From NCBI GenBank assembly GCA_963701965.1, contig OY969695.1, forward strand, positions 4,640,001 to 4,704,000: 64,000 nt of DNA, given 5' to 3'. The first letter of the stretch is position 1, and each line of letters opens with the position of its first letter. Positions 60,450-64,000 of the stretch are shown piece after piece. Below the pieces are notes generated by a model. The model was given only the letters and a program-made list of their open reading frames with translations. It ran no database searches and was not told the DNA's origin. Made by a program: the position numbers and the translations under genes. The DNA is from an uncultured Gemmatimonadales bacterium (lineage in GTDB: Bacteria > Gemmatimonadota > Gemmatimonadetes > Gemmatimonadales > Gemmatimonadaceae).

Positions 60450-61232
60450 TCATGAGACCCTCGCACCGTCGGTGGCTTGTCCACGCGCGACGTCGGCGGC
60501 CGAGATGCCTTCCAGCGCCAGGCCATAGCCGACCGTCTCCTCGATGAGGCGGCGCAGCTTCTGCGTCAGCGCCACGCGGGTGTAGCTGGCGGTGAGGGGC
60601 GGAAGGGCGGCGAGGCGTCCGGCGATCTCGCGCGCCCGATCCCGCAAGCGGTCGCGCGCGACGATCTCGCTGATCACGCCCAGCGTCCGGGCCTCCTCGG
60701 CGCCGATAATCTGCTGCGTCAGAACGAACGTGCGACCGCGGATGGAGCCGATGACCTCCGGCCACAGGGAATGAATGCCGTCGCCCGGCACGATGCCGAA
60801 CGCGAAGTGCGGCTTGTCTTGGAATACCGTGTTCGGTGTGGCAATGACAATGTCGGCCAACAGCACATACTCCGAGTGGACCGTCGTCGGGCCGTTCACC
60901 GCGGCGATCACCGGCACGGGGATGTCGATGAGATTGGCGAGGATTTTCTTGCCCTGGCGATAGATCTTGTCGTACCCACGCGGCGTGAAGAAGTCGAATC
61001 CCTCCGGGTCGATCTGATCGATAAAGGCATCGCCCGCACCCGTCAGAATGACCACGCGATTGTCCACATCTTGACCAATCTCGTGGAAGAGTTCGACAAA
61101 CTCTTCGTGTGCGTAGCCGTTGAAAATCAGGGTCCCGCCATCGGTGTGGAGCACGACTTCGAGGATGCCGTCGGCCGAGCGGTCGAGCTTGGCGTGCGGG
61201 AACGCATTCCGGTACCTGTCGAATTCAGCCAT
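60450..61232 (-). CDS. Crotonase-family enzyme resembling 6-oxocamphor (beta-diketone) hydrolase
   Basis: PVIAAVNGP, HSE, FQDKPHFAFGIVPGDG. Confidence 0.85.
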   Translation of the reverse strand: MAEFDRYRNAFPHAKLDRSADGILEVVLHTDGGTLIFNGYAHEEFVELFHEIGQDVDNRVVILTGAGDAFIDQIDPEGFDFFTPRGYDKIYRQGKKILANLIDIPVPVIAAVNGPTTVHSEYVLLADIVIATPNTVFQDKPHFAFGIVPGDGIHSLWPEVIGSIRGRTFVLTQQIIGAEEARTLGVISEIVARDRLRDRAREIAGRLAALPPLTASYTRVALTQKLRRLIEETVGYGLALEGISAADVARGQATDGARVS

Positions 61233-61389
61233 CGCCATACTCCGTCTAGTGGGTGGCCCATAAGCAATCCAACGCCGTGCGCCGACGCAACACCGCTCGC
61301 CGGACGGCGAACGTCCACCGCACTGGCGCTCTCGACGAAGCTCTGACCGACGGTGGCGCGCGGTTGAGAGGGGCCGTTCTCGACTGCCC

Positions 61390-61803
61390 TCAATGGCGTA
61401 GCAGCCCACCATAGTCCAGCGTGAACGTGGCGATGCCGCTATTGCTCGTTCGGCCAAATAGAGTCCCCACGCGACTGGACGCCATATCGCGCACGTAGGC
61501 GACATCCAGACGACAGGGTGCGATCCGGAATGTCAGGCCGGCGGTCGGGGAGGTCTCGTCCAACCCAAACCGCACCGCGAGGTGCTGCTCGGCCAACGTC
61601 TGTTCGAAACCCAAATTCGGCTCGACCGCACTGGTCTGCGTCGCTGTCCGAGTGTTGCTCCTCGTGAGCCACGTGCCGCCGGCATCGAGAAGCGCCCCGG
61701 TCCACGGGCTCGCCGACACACCGAGTCGGTACTCGTTGCTGCGAGCCGTCCCCTCTGTCGCGCCGGTACTGTCGCTCCGCCGATCGAGATCCCGGTTCAG
61801 CAT
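61390..61803 (-). pseudogene. C-terminal fragment of a probable beta-barrel protein
   Basis: Alternating beta-strand pattern; no signal peptide; abuts another fragment back to back. Confidence 0.4.
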
Positions 61804-61814
61804 ACCGGCCGCGT

Positions 61815-62024
61815 GACCCCGCCCTGGCTATCATGGCGCGGATCGTCCACGGCGCTGATTTCGCGGATGCGGTCGACTGTACGCCGGAGTCGGCGGGATT
61901 GCGGGCGATCTCGCAAGGGTTCCCGCTAGTTGCTCACCACGACAATGACACTGTCGAGCGGGCCTCGTTTCTGTATGACGCGCTCTATGCGTCCTTGAGA
62001 CAGCGATGCCAGCGGGGATCGTGA
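61815..62024 (+). pseudogene. C-terminal fragment of chromate resistance protein ChrB
   Basis: DPALAIMARIVHGAD...PESAGLRAISQGF...YDALY. Confidence 0.75.
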
Positions 62025-62183
62025 CGCTGCATCATCGCGTGCTTCGGCCCACGCTATCGTTCGGCGTCGGCACGCCCATCACGGACCGGGTTTGACGAAA
62101 CCGAGGGCAGCCTCGTATTCCAATAGCGAACGAAAGTCGAGGCGACCCTCGATTGTATCCCGTCATCGTCGGACCGAGGAATC

Positions 62184-62747
62184 ATGCCCGCGCTCCAGCT
62201 CGACCCCCAGAAGACCGCGCTCGTTCTCATCGATCTCCAGAACTCCGTCGTCGGCATGACCACCGCGCCGTATCCCGCCGCCCGCGTGGTCGAGAACGCG
62301 AAGACGTTGGCCGCGGCCTTTCGCGCGCATGGCGCCCCGGTCGTCTACGTCCGCGTCAATGTCAGTGACTTCATGAGACTGCCCGTGGACCAGCCGCCGA
62401 ATCTGGGCGACAGGCCCGCCGCCGCGTCGGAGATCGCGCCGACCGCCGGTTTCCAGCCTGGCGACATCCTCGTCACCAAGCGCCATTGGGGCGCGTTCGC
62501 GGGCACGGACCTCGAGCAGCAGCTCAGGGCTCGGGGCATCGACACCGTGGTCCTCACTGGCATCTCCAGCAGCTTTGGCGTCGAGTCCACGGCTCGTCAG
62601 GGCACAGGCCTTGGCTTTGCCTGTGTGCTGGTTGAAGATGCCTGCGCCGCCCAGAGCGCCGAGCAGCACCGCTTCGCCTTTGAGCAGATCTTCCCGCGCC
62701 TGAGCCGCGTCCGCTCCACCGCCGAGGTCTTGGCCGCCTTTGCCTGA
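62184..62747 (+). CDS. Isochorismatase-family cysteine hydrolase (YecD-like)
   Basis: [32 protein letters not shown]. Confidence 0.92.
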   Translation: MPALQLDPQKTALVLIDLQNSVVGMTTAPYPAARVVENAKTLAAAFRAHGAPVVYVRVNVSDFMRLPVDQPPNLGDRPAAASEIAPTAGFQPGDILVTKRHWGAFAGTDLEQQLRARGIDTVVLTGISSSFGVESTARQGTGLGFACVLVEDACAAQSAEQHRFAFEQIFPRLSRVRSTAEVLAAFA

Positions 62748-62763
62748 GGCCTCGATCGGCGCC

Positions 62764-62823
62764 GATCGGCTCGAGCGCTCCGTCTGGAAGATCGTCTCGG
62801 TGGCGGTGCTCGACTCGTTCCTC
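62764..62823 (+). pseudogene. Short N-terminal fragment of a DHA2-type MFS transporter
   Basis: [20 protein letters not shown]. Confidence 0.4.
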
Positions 62824-62857
62824 TGGAGCCCCCCACTCCCACTATTCTTCTCGAGAC

Positions 62858-63908
62858 ATGATGCAGATTGGTATCGATAGCTTCGCGGCGGCCCACGACG
62901 ACGCAAGCCGGGCGGTAAGCCCGGCGCAGCGCCTGGGACACCTGATCGAGGAGATCGCGCACGCCGATCAGGTCGGACTCGATGTGTTCGGCATCGGCGA
63001 GCATCATCGGCAGGATTTCCTCGATTCGGCGCCCGCCGTCATCCTCGGCGCCGCGGCGGCCCGCACGAGTCGCATTCGCCTTACCAGCGCCGTCACGGTC
63101 TTGAGCGCCGCCGACCCGGTGCGGGTCTTTCAGGAATTCGCCACGCTCGATCTCCTGTCACAGGGTCGTGCCGAGATGGTCGTCGGTCGCGGCTCGTTCG
63201 TGGACGCGTTTCCACTGTTTGGCTTGCGACTCGAAGACTACGACTCGCTCTTCGCCGAGAAATTGGGCCTGCTCCTCGCGATCCGTGACCACGAGCACGT
63301 GACCTGGTCCGGCGCGCATCGCCCGCGGCTGACGGGGCAGGGGGTCTACCCGAGACCCGTGCAACAGCCGTTGCCGATCTGGCTGGGCGTCGGCGGGACG
63401 CCGGAATCCTTCGCCCGCGCCGGCACGCTTGGGCTTCCGCTCATGGTCGCGATCATCGGCGGGGAAACCCGCCGCTTCCGGCCACTCGTCGATCTCTACC
63501 GCGAGTCGGGCGCGCGTGCAGGGTTCTCGCCGGACCGGTTGAAGGTTGGGGTCCACTCACTGGGGTATGTGGCGCCGACGACCCAGGAGGCGGCCAATGA
63601 TTTCTTTCCCGGCTACGCGCGGGCCATGACGGACATCGGCAAGGAACGCGGGTGGCGCCCGATGACGCGGGGGGCATTCGACGCCCAGCGCGGGCCGCAG
63701 GGCGCGCTGGTCGTCGGCAGTCCAGACGAGGTCATCGAAAAAGTCCTGCGACACAGCGTCGCGCTGGGCGGCGTGTCCCGGTTCACGTTCCAAATGAACG
63801 TGGCGTCCTTGCCCCACGCCGAAGCTGATGCAAGCGATCGAGATCCTCGGCACGCAGGTCGCCCCCGTCCTGCGCACAGAGCTGGTCACAGCGGGGCCTG
63901 GCACCTAG
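62858..63908 (+). CDS. LLM-class flavin-dependent oxidoreductase, +1 frameshift near 63819
   Basis: [37 protein letters not shown]-terminus [11 protein letters not shown] in the next frame; missing from the ORF track. Confidence 0.92.
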
Positions 63909-64000
63909 CGAGCCAGACGGTGTGTCCGTTGCAGTCGGGGTCTTCAATGACATGCTGCACGACCCGAAATCCATTCGCCTCGAGCAGCGCCCGATACTCC
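63886..64000 (-). CDS. 3' end of a probable class I SAM methyltransferase
   Basis: [32 protein letters not shown]. Confidence 0.6.
   Translation of the reverse strand, partial: EYRALLEANGFRVVQHVIEDPDCNGHTVWLARCQAPL

Larger units (their letters stand above)
41069..64000. other. Variable island-like region downstream of tRNA-Gly
   Basis: Abrupt loss of housekeeping synteny; TA modules, duplications, gene fragments, lower-GC patches; no integrase or attR seen in the window. Confidence 0.7.

Noticed and set aside
41069..64000. Integron/attC cassette array
   Set aside because: No integrase. GTTAGCG at 60388 resembles an R' end, but I found no matching RYYYAAC, and the genes are not co-oriented.
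1..64000. CRISPR array or cas genes
   Set aside because: No regularly spaced 23-47-nt direct repeats and no Cas motifs were seen.
41069..64000. attR copy of the tRNA-Gly 3' end, prophage or IS element
   Set aside because: No repeat of TTCGAGTCCCGTTTCCCGC and no phage or transposase ORFs found by eye.

Overview
High-GC (~70%) bacterial chromosome segment, probably Gemmatimonadota (inferred from gene order and protein style, not verified). Bases 1-41,000 are a dense, mostly plus-strand housekeeping block: hemW-hrcA-dnaJ-prmA-rsmE-HIT, rpsU-yqeY-mutS2-dnaG-recJ-rsmD-coaD-pta, a STAS/RsbW/SpoIIE partner-switching trio, rsmA, rex, infC-rpmI-rplT-pheST-zapA-rny-folD-xseAB-ispA-dxs-nadK-recN. It contains a readable Rex operator, an L20-leader-type attenuator and several apparently leaderless genes. 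After tRNA-Gly(GCC) at 40,996 lies a variable region of at least 23 kb. I found no integrase, transposase or attR in it. It carries three type II TA pairs plus an orphan HicA-like gene, two diverged internal duplications, a tandem 'slot' duplication joined at an 8-bp microhomology, two subtilase lipoproteins cut off at the start of the catalytic domain behind a 94%-conserved upstream element, and several genes hollowed out by in-frame internal deletion. Single-base frameshifts in core genes (pheT, recJ, HIT) point to residual long-read consensus errors, so frameshift-only pseudogene calls are uncertain. No CRISPR array, integron or prophage was seen. All family assignments come from motif recognition by eye, not database searches.
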